From assembly GCA_951406725.2 (NCBI GenBank), contig OX597821.1:62000001-62064000 (forward strand): a stretch of DNA of 64,000 bases. The letters run 5' to 3'. The notes beneath the pieces were generated by a model. The model ran no database searches. It was given only the letters and a program-made list of their open reading frames with translations, and was not told the origin of the DNA. The stretch comes from Octopus vulgaris (lineage: Eukaryota). Positions 63,999 through 64,000 of the stretch are shown here, in pieces. The position numbers and the translations under genes were made by a program. How positions within the stretch are numbered: position 1 is the first letter of the stretch; every line of letters begins with the position of its first letter.

Positions 63999-64000
63999 AA

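Larger units (their letters stand above)
62021..64000 (-). mobile_element. Second Naiad-type PLE (continues beyond window end), 3' end at (TA)n
   Basis: ORF open to the window edge; ~1.1-kb 3' region ending near a hammerhead-like motif; the 3' UTR assignment is inferred. Confidence 0.8.

Overview
AT-rich eukaryotic intergenic or intronic DNA, densely filled with microsatellites ((TA)n, (TCTA)n, (CA)n, (GA)n). The SINE families and repeat landscape suggest a cephalopod, probably Octopus (inference). No confident host gene is seen; one candidate signal-peptide exon lies at ~56.6 kb. The window is dominated by retroelements. There are at least five coding Penelope-like element (PLE) copies: a young Neptune-type element at 39.3-43.6 kb with ~915-bp inverted terminal arms, two more Neptune fragments, and two Naiad-type elements. 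Also present are RTE LINE relics, two Tc1/mariner relics, an ORF1-only L1/Tx1-like insertion with a target-site duplication, and two abundant tRNA-derived SINE families. The most notable signals are: (i) about a dozen minimal type-I hammerhead ribozyme motifs in PLE 3' ends and short TA-flanked modules, including non-canonical cores (U3-A8 covariation, U4C); (ii) a basic, RS-rich upstream ORF joined to the Neptune RT ORF by a candidate -1 frameshift at a U UUU UUU slippery site; (iii) systematic association of PLE ends with (TA)n; (iv) a Naiad protein whose zinc-binding linker is replaced by a long low-complexity insert. All motif calls were made by eye; no searches were run.
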